The notes beneath the pieces were generated by a model. It made no database searches. It had not been told where the DNA came from and worked only from the letters and a program-made list of their open reading frames with translations. A stretch of 56,186 bases of DNA, filler included, from an uncultured Methanosarcinales archaeon (GTDB lineage Archaea > Nanobdellota > Nanobdellia > Woesearchaeales > CAZXZL01), in NCBI GenBank assembly GCA_964645415.1. It is 21 parts of 21 records of this genome, joined end to end, with 100 filler letters (N's around TTAATTAATTAA, not from the genome) between each part and the next. Parts side by side here need not be neighbours in the genome. Positions count along the whole stretch, not along the records: positions 9,237 to 13,553 come from CAZXZL010000059.1; positions 13,654 to 17,071 come from CAZXZL010000061.1; positions 17,172 to 20,449 come from CAZXZL010000062.1; 18 more parts are not named here. One strand, 5' to 3'. Shown in pieces: positions 10,119-19,443 of this stretch (its first letter is position 1; each line of letters opens with the position of its first letter). The position numbers and the translations under genes are program-made.

Positions 10119-10213
10119 GTTCTTTTAAAAAGACATGATAAGATTTATAAATAGATTTATTTTTCGATTAAGTGTTGCAATGTGGGCTTTGTCTGAAGCA
10201 ACGAGGTGAAATT

Positions 10214-10792
10214 ATGGGAATGTATAAACATATTAAAAAACTTTGGAAGAAACCAAAAGAGAACGAGAACTATAAAAAATATCTTTATAATTGGAGAAGA
10301 CAACCTTCTATTATTCGTGTTGATAAACCTACTAGATTAGATCGTGCTAGAAATTTAGGTTATCGTGCAAAAGAAGGAGTTATTGTTGTTAGAGTAAAAG
10401 TAATTAGAAGTGGTAGAAAGAAAAAACAACAAAAAGCTGGAAGAAGATCAAAAAGAGCTTCTAGGAGAAAAGACTTAGATATTAATTATCGTAATGTTTG
10501 TGAAAGAAGAGCTTCTAGGAGATATAAAAATTGTGAAGTTCTTAATTCATATTGGGTTGGTAAAGATAAAAGACATTACTATTATGAAGTTATTCTTTTA
10601 GATAGAGAACATCCAGTTATCAAAAATGATGAACATTATTCTAAAATAATTAAACAAAAAGATAGAGCAAAAAGGGGATTAACTTCTGCAGGAAAAAAAT
10701 CAAGAGGACTTCGAAACAAAGGAGTCGGTGCAGAGAAAATTAGACCAAGTAGAAGCCAAACTCTAAAAAAGAAACGTAGAAAGAAGAATTAA
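10214..10792 (+). CDS. rpl15e: 50S ribosomal protein L15e
   Basis: PTRLDRARNLGY, EVLNSYWVG, RGLTSAGKKSRGL; SD GAGGTGA before ATG 10214. Confidence 0.97.
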   Translation: MGMYKHIKKLWKKPKENENYKKYLYNWRRQPSIIRVDKPTRLDRARNLGYRAKEGVIVVRVKVIRSGRKKKQQKAGRRSKRASRRKDLDINYRNVCERRASRRYKNCEVLNSYWVGKDKRHYYYEVILLDREHPVIKNDEHYSKIIKQKDRAKRGLTSAGKKSRGLRNKGVGAEKIRPSRSQTLKKKRRKKN

Positions 10793-11955
10793 ATTGTGAA
10801 ATTTATTTCTTTTTTATTTATTTCTTTTTCTATTTTTTTTCTTGTTTTATCATCTACAAATAAAATTGATTTTTCTTTACTTAATTTACCTTTATAATTA
10901 TCTATAAAACTCAAATCAATCCCGTTTGAAATAATATTAACTCCTTTTTCGGAAATATTAATTATAATAAAATTTTCTTTGTTTTTTGTTAAATTCATTA
11001 ACTTATTTACTTTGAAACCTTCTAGTTTTATTACATCGTAACTTTTTTCTTTATATTCTATCTTCTCTGATTTTTCCCATACTAAAGGTAGAATTTTATT
11101 AATTTTATTTCTAAAATGATCTCTTTCTTCTATTAAATTTTCATAATTTTTGTTTAAATCTTCTATTTTGACATTATTTAAAAATTTAAACTCTAATAAA
11201 GTATCTTTTAATGTATTAATTTTTTCAATTTGAATCGTGAATTTTATCTTATATTCATTATTATTTTTATTAACATCAATTATCCCTATTTGTTTTATTT
11301 CAGAAATATTATTGACATGTGTTCCTTTACAAGCAGAATAATCAATATCTTTTATTTCAACAACTTTAATTTCTTCATCTTCAATTCTATCTTTTTTTAT
11401 TCTAATTTTTGGAAACTTTTCTTCTAGTTTATTTATTTCTTTACTTGTAAAAATATGTTTTTTTACTTTTTTACCTTTTTTAATTAACTTATTTGAGTTT
11501 ATTTGAGCTTTTTTTAATAATTTAAATAAATCTTTTTTATTCATCTCTGTTTTAATAAAAATATCTCCTTCTCCATTTTTTATATTAACTTTTCCTAACT
11601 TAATTTCTTTTTCTTCACTTAATTTTTTTATTTGTGAAACCAAAAGATGTTCAGCAGTATGTGTTTTTGATTGGATCTCTCTTCTTTTTTTATTTACTCT
11701 CTCTTCAATTCTCATCCCTTTTTTTACTTTAGAAAATAGATTATCATTACTTAATTTTAACATTGTAACTTTATTACATTTATTCTTTGGGATAACACTA
11801 AAACTTTCTTTTAATTCTTCTATAAAAATCTCTCCTCTGTCTTCATCTTGTCCCCCGCCAGAACATCTAAATATTGAATTTTTAACAGATATAACATTAG
11901 AATTTTCACATTTATCATTAATCTTGTTTTTTTGTCTTATAAATTTAGACTTCAT
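10789..11955 (-). CDS. alaX: AlaX-type alanyl-tRNA editing protein (long form)
   Basis: GGGQ motif, HTAEH and CKGTH Zn-binding motifs, C-terminal coiled coil. Confidence 0.85.
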   Translation of the reverse strand: MKSKFIRQKNKINDKCENSNVISVKNSIFRCSGGGQDEDRGEIFIEELKESFSVIPKNKCNKVTMLKLSNDNLFSKVKKGMRIEERVNKKRREIQSKTHTAEHLLVSQIKKLSEEKEIKLGKVNIKNGEGDIFIKTEMNKKDLFKLLKKAQINSNKLIKKGKKVKKHIFTSKEINKLEEKFPKIRIKKDRIEDEEIKVVEIKDIDYSACKGTHVNNISEIKQIGIIDVNKNNNEYKIKFTIQIEKINTLKDTLLEFKFLNNVKIEDLNKNYENLIEERDHFRNKINKILPLVWEKSEKIEYKEKSYDVIKLEGFKVNKLMNLTKNKENFIIINISEKGVNIISNGIDLSFIDNYKGKLSKEKSILFVDDKTRKKIEKEINKKEINFTI

Positions 11956-12055
11956 TTTTATTACCTTATTATAACTACTCTTTTAAATTTTATTAATCTT
12001 TCTTCTATAAGATAGTTTCTATTCTTTTTTAAATAATTCTTGTTTATAATTTCAT

Positions 12056-12193
12056 ATGGATTTTAAAAAAGATAAACAAAAACTTTTGAAAGAAGGTAGA
12101 GTCTATGATTATTGGGTAATGTATGGTGAAATTCCTGAAAGTGAAGAAATAATTGAGGCAATAGAGTATTCTTTAAAAGAAGATCATCAATAA
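12056..12193 (+). CDS. Small 45-aa hypothetical protein (not in ORF track)
   Basis: MDFKKDKQKLLKEGRVYDYWVMYGEIPESEEIIEAIEYSLKEDHQ; coding-like purine bias; upstream TTTTTAAATA TATA-like box. Confidence 0.5.
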   Translation: MDFKKDKQKLLKEGRVYDYWVMYGEIPESEEIIEAIEYSLKEDHQ

Positions 12194-12276
12194 GATCAAT
12201 ATGATCAATAAGCTCAATAAGATAAATAAAATCAATAAAATCAATAGAATTTATAAGGTCTATAACATCTATAAGT
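12187..12276 (+). repeat. Ten degenerate tandem copies of a 9-mer (TCWATAAGA)
   Basis: tcaataaga tcaatatga tcaataagc tcaataaga taaataaaa tcaataaaa tcaatagaa tttataagg tctataaca tctataagt. Confidence 0.8.
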
Positions 12277-12920
12277 TATAATTTTCCTTCCCATTCTTGA
12301 ATAAATCTTTCTACATATTCTTTAACATAAATATATCTCTCTTTTGCTATTTCTTGAGCTTTCTTTGTTTTAAATAATTCTGGTTTTATTTTTAATATTT
12401 TTTCATAAAAGTGGTTTATTGCTGTTTCTGAGTTTCCAGTATATTGTTTTTTTGGATTTAATTCTGGTATATGTAGTGGTCTATCTTTTTCATTTTCATA
12501 ATTAAATATTCTTGCAATAGCAATGGCACCTAATGCATCTAATCTATCTGCGTCTTGAATTATTTTTGCTTCTTTAGTCTTTGGAACCAAATTTTTACTA
12601 TATCTATGAACTTTTATACAATGACAAACATTTTTTATTTTTTCTTTTGGAAAATCTAACTCATTCAATATCTCTTTTGCAATTTCAGAACCTTTTTCTG
12701 CATGACAAATATTACTATTCTCGGTTTCTAATTTTCTAGCAATATCATGAAGTAAAGCAGCACTTTTAACTACATCTATATCAACATCTTTTTCATCTTT
12801 AGATATCTTTAATGATAAATTATATACTCTATTAACATGAGTCATCCCATGAGTTCCATAATCATAATAATATGGTTTGATTTTATTTCTTAATTTTTTA
12901 TAGAATTTTTCATTTTTCAT
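12276..12920 (-). CDS. HD-domain metal-dependent phosphohydrolase
   Basis: H...HV.RV, AALLHDI, HAEKG, QDADRLDALGAIAIAR. Confidence 0.9.
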   Translation of the reverse strand: MKNEKFYKKLRNKIKPYYYDYGTHGMTHVNRVYNLSLKISKDEKDVDIDVVKSAALLHDIARKLETENSNICHAEKGSEIAKEILNELDFPKEKIKNVCHCIKVHRYSKNLVPKTKEAKIIQDADRLDALGAIAIARIFNYENEKDRPLHIPELNPKKQYTGNSETAINHFYEKILKIKPELFKTKKAQEIAKERYIYVKEYVERFIQEWEGKL

Positions 12921-13065
12921 TTTTATTTCTTAAAGCTGAAATAAGTTGTTATTTTATAAAATTTTCACCTTCTTAATTTTTATTTCTAAAATGAATAAAT
13001 TTATATATCGCTTTAGTTATAAATTATATAGATTAAAGAGTTTTTCTTATTATGGGGTGATTAAT

Positions 13066-13329
13066 TTGTTAAATATGGCGAGAATTACGGAAAGTTACAA
13101 TATGAAGGCTTTTACAGAAGAGGGAGCATATTTTGGAGATATTGAAGAATGTCTTATTACAACTACTAGTATTTCTGGTTGGAGAATCAAAGCAAGTAAA
13201 AATTCAACTTTAAGTGAAATGTTAGGAAATGCAAAAGGAGTTGTTGTTCCACATAGACTTGTAAAAGCGATTGGAGATATTATGATTATTAGTAAAGAAG
13301 CTATTCCTTCATATTCTGATGAGGAATGA
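13066..13329 (+). CDS. PRC-barrel domain protein (CdpB-like)
   Basis: FTEEGAYFGDIEE ... VVVPHRLVKAIGDIMII; SD GGGGTGA precedes TTG 13066 (alternative ATG 13075). Confidence 0.85.
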   Translation: MLNMARITESYNMKAFTEEGAYFGDIEECLITTTSISGWRIKASKNSTLSEMLGNAKGVVVPHRLVKAIGDIMIISKEAIPSYSDEE

Positions 13330-13339
13330 GGTGTTTAAT

Positions 13340-13513
13340 ATGAACAAATGGCTTGAACTGATCATCGGAATATTATTGGTTTTAGTTGGAGTTTTTGGTA
13401 TGTGGTATTGGAGAGCTGCTCTTTTTACTGTAATTAAGGGAAGTATTGGTCTATTTGTATTATTAATAGGAATACTATTTTTCTTAATTGCGATTGAAGA
13501 TATTAGAGCATAA
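13340..13513 (+). CDS. Small two-TM membrane protein
   Basis: SD GAGGTG before ATG 13340; two hydrophobic helices around a KG motif. Confidence 0.7.
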   Translation: MNKWLELIIGILLVLVGVFGMWYWRAALFTVIKGSIGLFVLLIGILFFLIAIEDIRA

Positions 13514-13653
13514 TTTCTTTTTTTTATATTATTATTATTATTATTATTATTATNNNNNNNNNNNNNNNNNNNNNNNNNNNNNNNNNNNNNNNNNNNNTTA
13601 ATTAATTAANNNNNNNNNNNNNNNNNNNNNNNNNNNNNNNNNNNNNNNNNNNN

Positions 13654-13713
13654 AGATTAAAAACTTTGATAAAGATTGAGATCAACATTTAAAGAAAAAA
13701 AGAAGTTTATAAA
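13654..13713 (+). repeat. Dispersed repeat family A copy at a contig start
   Basis: TGATAAAGATTGAGATCAA...AAAGAAGTTTATAAA, near-identical to 32280-32325. Confidence 0.8.
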
Positions 13714-13715
13714 TT

Positions 13716-14084
13716 CTACTTGTTCTTTTTTTTATGTTTTTTAACTGGAATAAAATGTACAAACCAAACTATCCAGATTAACCAAATTGTCCAGATCCAA
13801 TCACCTTGCATAATTCCTGGAACTGCAGAAAAAGCAAATAAACCAAAGAAACCTAATTGCCAGTTTTTCTTCATTACTTTGTTTTCATCTTTTAAACCTT
13901 TAATTACTTTCTCTAAAACATATAACATAAATAAGAAAATTACTGCTAAGAAAATTACATAAAAAGGAATAAATATTTCAAAAACATTAAAATCTATTAT
14001 ATTTAAGATAAGTAAAACTATTAATAGTAAAATAATTATTGAAAATGAAAATCCAATAATTTGCTTTTTAGTTTTATTTTTCAT
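13716..14084 (-). CDS. Small multi-pass membrane protein
   Basis: Four hydrophobic segments, Trp-rich C-terminal helix. Confidence 0.65.
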   Translation of the reverse strand: MKNKTKKQIIGFSFSIIILLLIVLLILNIIDFNVFEIFIPFYVIFLAVIFLFMLYVLEKVIKGLKDENKVMKKNWQLGFFGLFAFSAVPGIMQGDWIWTIWLIWIVWFVHFIPVKKHKKKNK

Positions 14085-14253
14085 TTTTTATTCCTTTTAT
14101 AGTTGAAATAGATGCAAATAAAATAAATCCTATTCCTAATCCGATAAATAGTCCTGCAACTAAATTTCCTAATAAGAATCCAAAACCCATTCCTGTTAAT
14201 ACTCCTGCAGGAATAAATAATGCTTCAGAATCATCATTTTTATTTTTTGTCAT
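14074..14253 (-). CDS. 59-aa glycine-zipper membrane protein (not in ORF track)
   Basis: MTKNKNDDSEALFIPAGVLTGMGFGFLLGNLVAGLFIGLGIGFILFASISTIKGIKNEK; overlaps the start of the next gene. Confidence 0.7.
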   Translation of the reverse strand: MTKNKNDDSEALFIPAGVLTGMGFGFLLGNLVAGLFIGLGIGFILFASISTIKGIKNEK

Positions 14254-14313
14254 ATGTTTAGTAGAATTTAATTCTATAAAAATATATCTTTTATTATTAA
14301 GGTAATTAGATAA

Positions 14314-14889
14314 TTAAATTCTATAATCAGACCAATCTATTTTTATTCCTTCATCTAAAAACTTTGAAAGTACATCTATATAATCTCTTATATCTTTATC
14401 ATCATCAACTTTTAAGTGTGATTCAAACCATCTTGCAACTCCATCATAACTATTTCCAATTCCTATTGTAACTGTTGGCATATTATCAATTGAATGTATA
14501 CATAGATAATCCTGTGCACCAAGACTTAATCTGTCTGGATCTAAATTTTCACATACTATCTTTTCATTACTTCCTGTGAACTCTCTACTTCTTGATTTTA
14601 TCATATACTCTGTGAAGTCATCATCTCCAATTGATGTAGCAGTTAAACCCCTTTCAACTGTAATTTCAAAATCACCTCTATCAGGAAGGCACTCAGCATT
14701 AAGATATCTGTATCCGTCCGTAAATCCACCTTTACATTGAAAACCTGGTGGTACATCAAGTTCATAACCTTGCATATCTAATACATCTCTTGAATATCCT
14801 TCTTTTAATTTATTACTTTCACAAGAACAACTTGTTAATAATAAAGAGATACCAATTAATAATCCTATAAACACCTTTAGAAATCTCAT
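14314..14889 (-). CDS. Putative lipoprotein
   Basis: Signal peptide ending LLLTSC, several Cys, acidic body. Confidence 0.7.
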   Translation of the reverse strand: MRFLKVFIGLLIGISLLLTSCSCESNKLKEGYSRDVLDMQGYELDVPPGFQCKGGFTDGYRYLNAECLPDRGDFEITVERGLTATSIGDDDFTEYMIKSRSREFTGSNEKIVCENLDPDRLSLGAQDYLCIHSIDNMPTVTIGIGNSYDGVARWFESHLKVDDDKDIRDYIDVLSKFLDEGIKIDWSDYRI

Positions 14890-15067
14890 TTTTGATTAAA
14901 AGTGCTATTGGAAGTATAATTTATAAATTAATCGTTTTATCTATCTAGATAACTTATTAAATTATTTATTTTCCTTTAGTTTTTAATAGAAAGTAAAAAA
15001 GAGAAAAAATAAATTTTAAAGAAATACTAAAATTTATTAAATACTTCATATATTCTCTTTATTACAT

Positions 15068-16534
15068 ATGAAATTTAAATTTTTTATTGGATTCGTTTTT
15101 ATCTTTTTAATTATTTTATCAATGGTTACTTTTTTTGATTTTGATAGTTATGGTAATTATTCAAATCAATGGTATGAAGAATTTACTGAAGTAGATAGTC
15201 ATAATTTTAATGTTGTTTGGAATAATTTTGATGATGATTCTCAAGAATCTTTTTTTCATGTATATGATTATAATTATGATTACTATGATAACTTGAGGAA
15301 TTCTTTTGTTCATGCTGAAAGAGAATATTTACTTGGTAAGTTATCTAATGATAAAGAAAGAATGTGTGCATCATTAGATCTTTATTATGATTCAATTGAT
15401 TTATTTGATAATCCTGAAATGATTTATGAGATTATTTTCTTTGTATCTAAACAGTGTGATAAGGATTTTGGCAGTATTGAAGATAAACTTTTAAATCATT
15501 CTATGGAAAGTAAAAGAAAGATTTATTCTGCTATAATAAATAATGAAAGTTTTAGTGTAAAATCTTATAATTTAGATGATGTTGACAGAGATTTTACTTC
15601 TTTTAATAATTCAAACATTGTTTTTGGAAACAATTCAGTTACTTTTGATGATAATTCAAATTTAGGTTTTCAAGTTGAAAGAGTTGTTAGAGATTGGATA
15701 TCTTATAATGTTTATAATTGGATTGATTATTATGATATTTTAGATTATGGTGAAGGTTATTTTTTAAATGATTTTATTGGCAATTCTTCTTTAGAACTTA
15801 CTCCTTTAACTTCTTCTATTATAATTGAGTCAAATAATCAATGGTATGGGCATGATGAAAAAGGAATATTTAGATTTGAAGTTTTAAATGATAAAGGTAA
15901 TTATCCTACAAATAAATGTTATGGTAATGTTTGTTTGGTTTTAGATACTCATGGTATTTCTCAAATTGTTGCTCAAGCTATTGATGAGGAAGTATCACAT
16001 GTCTTTGCTTGTGGTGATAGTGAAGGTAAGATGGCAGCAGCTCATTATCTTTCAAAAAAAGGTATTGATGTTATTTTTCCTGCAGATAGATTTTTAGGTG
16101 AATTATTAGGAACAAATACTAAAGGAGATTTAATTGGTACTTCACCTGTTAGAGAAGGAAAAATTGGTGGTCAAGAGATTGAAGTTTCTATTAATGAAAC
16201 AATTTTAGTTCAAGATAATTATGAAAGATATCCTGGTCAATATTATGATACTGCAAAAAGATATTTTGAAGTTTTAGAAAATAATACTGATTTGAATTTA
16301 AAATACTTTATTAGTAATTTTAATGAGACTAATAAGTTAGTTAATTATGCTAAAGAAAATGGATATGATGTAATTGCAGTTAGAGTTCATACTGAGACTG
16401 ATTATAAATCTGTAAATAAATGGTTAGATAATGATGAAAATAGAAAAGCATTATTCTTTCATTCATCAATTTATCCTTATGTTAATGATTTATTTTTAGA
16501 TTATCCTAACCAAACTTCTTTTGGATCTGTTTAA
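15068..16534 (+). CDS. Large acidic secreted/membrane-anchored protein of unknown function
   Basis: N-terminal hydrophobic anchor; enzyme-like motifs LDTHGISQ, ACGDSEGK, FPADRF, QYYD, FHS. Confidence 0.75.
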   Translation: MKFKFFIGFVFIFLIILSMVTFFDFDSYGNYSNQWYEEFTEVDSHNFNVVWNNFDDDSQESFFHVYDYNYDYYDNLRNSFVHAEREYLLGKLSNDKERMCASLDLYYDSIDLFDNPEMIYEIIFFVSKQCDKDFGSIEDKLLNHSMESKRKIYSAIINNESFSVKSYNLDDVDRDFTSFNNSNIVFGNNSVTFDDNSNLGFQVERVVRDWISYNVYNWIDYYDILDYGEGYFLNDFIGNSSLELTPLTSSIIIESNNQWYGHDEKGIFRFEVLNDKGNYPTNKCYGNVCLVLDTHGISQIVAQAIDEEVSHVFACGDSEGKMAAAHYLSKKGIDVIFPADRFLGELLGTNTKGDLIGTSPVREGKIGGQEIEVSINETILVQDNYERYPGQYYDTAKRYFEVLENNTDLNLKYFISNFNETNKLVNYAKENGYDVIAVRVHTETDYKSVNKWLDNDENRKALFFHSSIYPYVNDLFLDYPNQTSFGSV

Positions 16535-16580
16535 TTAACTTTAACATAATAAATATAAATTAAGCTTTATTTTATATAAT

Positions 16581-17071
16581 ATGGAAAATAAAATTATTAT
16601 TTTAATAGTTCTTAGTTTATTTTTAGTTGGTTGTAGTTTTAATGGCGAATATGATGATAGATATTTAAATGAGACTGATGAGATATCTGAATTAGATGAA
16701 TTTGAGTCTGATTCTTTTAATTATAGTGTTGAAAAAATTGTTGATCTAACTTATCCTTGGGGTATGTCTTTTATTAATGATGACCTTATTTTAGTTACTG
16801 AAAAAACTATAAGTAATTTGAATTTGATTAATACTTCTGATTTTAGTGTTAATTTAATTGATGGTATTCCAGAAATACACCATACTGGTCAAGGTGGTCT
16901 CTTAGATGTTGAATTTGATTCTGTTAGCGATTATGTTTATATTACTTATACTGTAATTAATAATCAAAGTGAATCATCTGTTAGTTTAGGTAGAGGTATT
17001 CTAAATTTAGATGATTATTCATTAGATGATTTTGAAGTTATTTATACTGCTAAGCCTTATGTTGAATCTGG
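16581..17071 (+). CDS. PQQ-dependent aldose sugar dehydrogenase (Asd/YliI/GdhB family), lipoprotein; truncated by contig end
   Basis: Lipobox FLVGC, PWGMSF, LVTEK, GQGGLLDV, YVYITYT. Confidence 0.85.
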
Positions 17072-17171
17072 NNNNNNNNNNNNNNNNNNNNNNNNNNNNN
17101 NNNNNNNNNNNNNNNTTAATTAATTAANNNNNNNNNNNNNNNNNNNNNNNNNNNNNNNNNNNNNNNNNNNN

Positions 17172-18244
17172 TTAATTTCATCAGATTTATGATACTTATT
17201 ATATTGATCATACCATTCACTTAATGGTTTATCTTCAATTGCTTTTAAAATATAATAAAGAGCTAAAAGAGGCATTTCAAAAAATCCTACTGATTTAAAA
17301 TAAAAATGATTACTTAATTCACCAGCAAAATCTATGTCTTCATTTCTCATCATTTTTTTTATGAAATAATGACCAATTTTAATTTTAATTGAGTCATTAA
17401 AAGATTCAGAGACTGATTTTGTAGATCTTACATCATAACCTATTTTAATATTTCTCAATGATTTTTCCATTTGTTTTCCGATAATTATTGTTAATATATC
17501 TCCAGGAATATTTCTTCCTTTATCGTCAATAATTCCAATTCTATCCCCATCACCATCAAATATAAGTCCAAGTTTAGAATCATTTTCGTTTACTAAATCA
17601 ATAATATCTTCTCTAACTTCAGGTTTTAATGTATCTGGATTATGAGAAGGAAAATTTCCATCTGGAATGTCATTTGTAACATTTAGATTAAAAAAGTTAT
17701 TTGTTAAAAATTCTTTTTCAAAGTATGTTGTTGCTCCACTTCCAAAATCGATAGACATATTAATATTATGATTAACATTTTGATAGTATTGTTTTAAATA
17801 TTTAAAGAAACTTGTTCGTATATCATTTCTTAAGATATTATTAACAAGTTCAGAATCATTTCGATTAATATCACCATCATATTTTTTTAGTTCAAATTTA
17901 TCAATTAATTCTTCTGTTGGTGATATTGGTTTTGCATTCTTTTTACATAATTTAAAACCAACATAATTTTTTGGGTTATGTGATGCTGTAACTATTATTC
18001 CATATTCATAACCTAACTCTTTTAAAGCATAATAAAATGATGGTGTACTCATCGGACCAATATAATCATAGTCTTTTAAAGAATCAATTAATGGTACAAC
18101 TAATCTTTTTGAACCAAATCTAATATCTCTTGCAACTAATGTTTTTTTATTGAATAATTTTCCTAATGAATATGCAAAATCAGGATTTATTTCACCATCT
18201 TTTCCTCTTATATCATAAGCTCTAAAGAATTTTTCATAATTCAT
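17172..18244 (-). CDS. Phosphomannomutase/phosphoglucomutase; 3' end cut by contig end
   Basis: FRAYDIRG, TASHNP, FDGDGDR, GELSNH. Confidence 0.93.
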
Positions 18245-18308
18245 ATGAATCTCACCACTAAATTATTTTTTTTTACATATAAAAAATTATCTTATTTATT
18301 ATAAATTT

Positions 18309-18436
18309 CCCTCAAATTTTATCAAATTTGATTAGGATAGTACCATTCTAAAGAATGGCACGTAATTTCCCATAATATTCTATTTCTTTTTATTTCATTC
18401 TTTTAAGTTACTTTTTCTTAGGTGATTTTGCCCTAC
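18309..18436 (-). repeat. Dispersed repeat family A copy with full hairpin (18340-18361)
   Basis: Reverse complement reads ...AAAAGAAATAGAATATTATGGGAAATTAC GTGCCATTCTTTAGAATGGTAC TATCCTAATCAAATTTGATAAAATTTGAGGG; hairpin identical to 26158-26179. Confidence 0.9.
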
Positions 18437-18515
18437 ACACTGCACTTAAACGAAGACATACTCTTTAGCATAAAAAGAATACACACTCTGAAAGAAAATT
18501 CAACGAAGACAAGAT
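18437..18515 (-). repeat. Dispersed repeat family B (GTRTGTMTTCGTTT-core minisatellite)
   Basis: Reverse complement contains CTTTCAGAGTGTGTATTCTTTTTATGCTAAAGAGTATGTCTTCGTTTA, matching 32105-32137 and 41218-41252. Confidence 0.8.
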
Positions 18516-19408
18516 AACAAATTCACTAAAAATTGTTTTTGATTTTCTTTATCTCTAAAATATATCCTTTGGGTTTGATATGCAAATTCAACACCTTTTG
18601 TTTTTTCAACTTCTTTTAATAATTTATTCCAAATTTTATTTTCTGTTGATCTCTTTTTTCTAACTTCACTAAGATATCTTAATGTTAATAAGAAACCACT
18701 ATCTTTTGCATTTGTATATACAATTGGAGTTAATTTTCCATAATAAACCATGTACTTTGAAGAAGAGGATGTATTAAGATAGTTTCTTCCTTTTTTTACA
18801 GTATCTCCTACTACTTCATTTGCAATATCTGTTAGTAATTTTTTTGCCTTTTTATAATCACTTTCAAATGTAAACATTACAGGAATTTCATTCCAAATAA
18901 AAGGAAATTCTAAGTTGAAATTTGCTAGATTATGATCAAAAACTAATTTGTTTGGGATATGAATTATTCGACCTGTGCTTTGTTCAGAACCTACTCTATT
19001 ACCAACTTCTAATACACTAAATTGAAATAAACTAATATCAATTACATCACCAATTGTGTTATTAATTTCAATTCTATCTCCTATCGAGAAAGGACTTTTT
19101 GCAAGTATGTAAAACCAACCAATTATATCAGTTAATAAATCTCTTAGTGCAATTGCAATACCAGCACCGGATAAACCAAGAAATGTAGCTAAGTCAAATT
19201 CTTCTAACCATATTGTTATGATAAATAGGAGAGTTAAAAAAATTAAAAAATATTTGATAAATTTTTTCCAACGATATCTTTTTGATTTTTCATCTATTCT
19301 ACTTAAGATGAATTTATGAAAAAATAAGTCTATAATAATTGCTAAAATGATAATAATTATTGTATAAAGCATATTTTCATGAAGTATAAAAGATAAGAAT
19401 TTTTCCAT
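18500..19408 (-). CDS. mscS: Small-conductance mechanosensitive channel
   Basis: GIAIALRD, PFSIGDRIEI, GDVIDI, IPNKLVF motifs after TM helices. Confidence 0.92.
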   Translation of the reverse strand: MEKFLSFILHENMLYTIIIIILAIIIDLFFHKFILSRIDEKSKRYRWKKFIKYFLIFLTLLFIITIWLEEFDLATFLGLSGAGIAIALRDLLTDIIGWFYILAKSPFSIGDRIEINNTIGDVIDISLFQFSVLEVGNRVGSEQSTGRIIHIPNKLVFDHNLANFNLEFPFIWNEIPVMFTFESDYKKAKKLLTDIANEVVGDTVKKGRNYLNTSSSSKYMVYYGKLTPIVYTNAKDSGFLLTLRYLSEVRKKRSTENKIWNKLLKEVEKTKGVEFAYQTQRIYFRDKENQKQFLVNLLSCLR

Positions 19409-19443
19409 GATTCTTTAGAAAAAGGGTGGATATTTATATTTTT

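Noticed and set aside
10172..10213. N-terminal extensions given by the ORF track for rpl15e (also DP1 from 6355 and the PRC-barrel from 12946)
   Set aside because: SD position and family N-termini favour starts at 10214, 6373 and 13066/13075.
16581..18244. Truncated genes at contig ends (PQQ dehydrogenase, PMM, htpX, radical SAM, NTase fusion and others) as pseudogenes
   Set aside because: The truncations coincide with assembly breaks, not with in-sequence stops or frameshifts.
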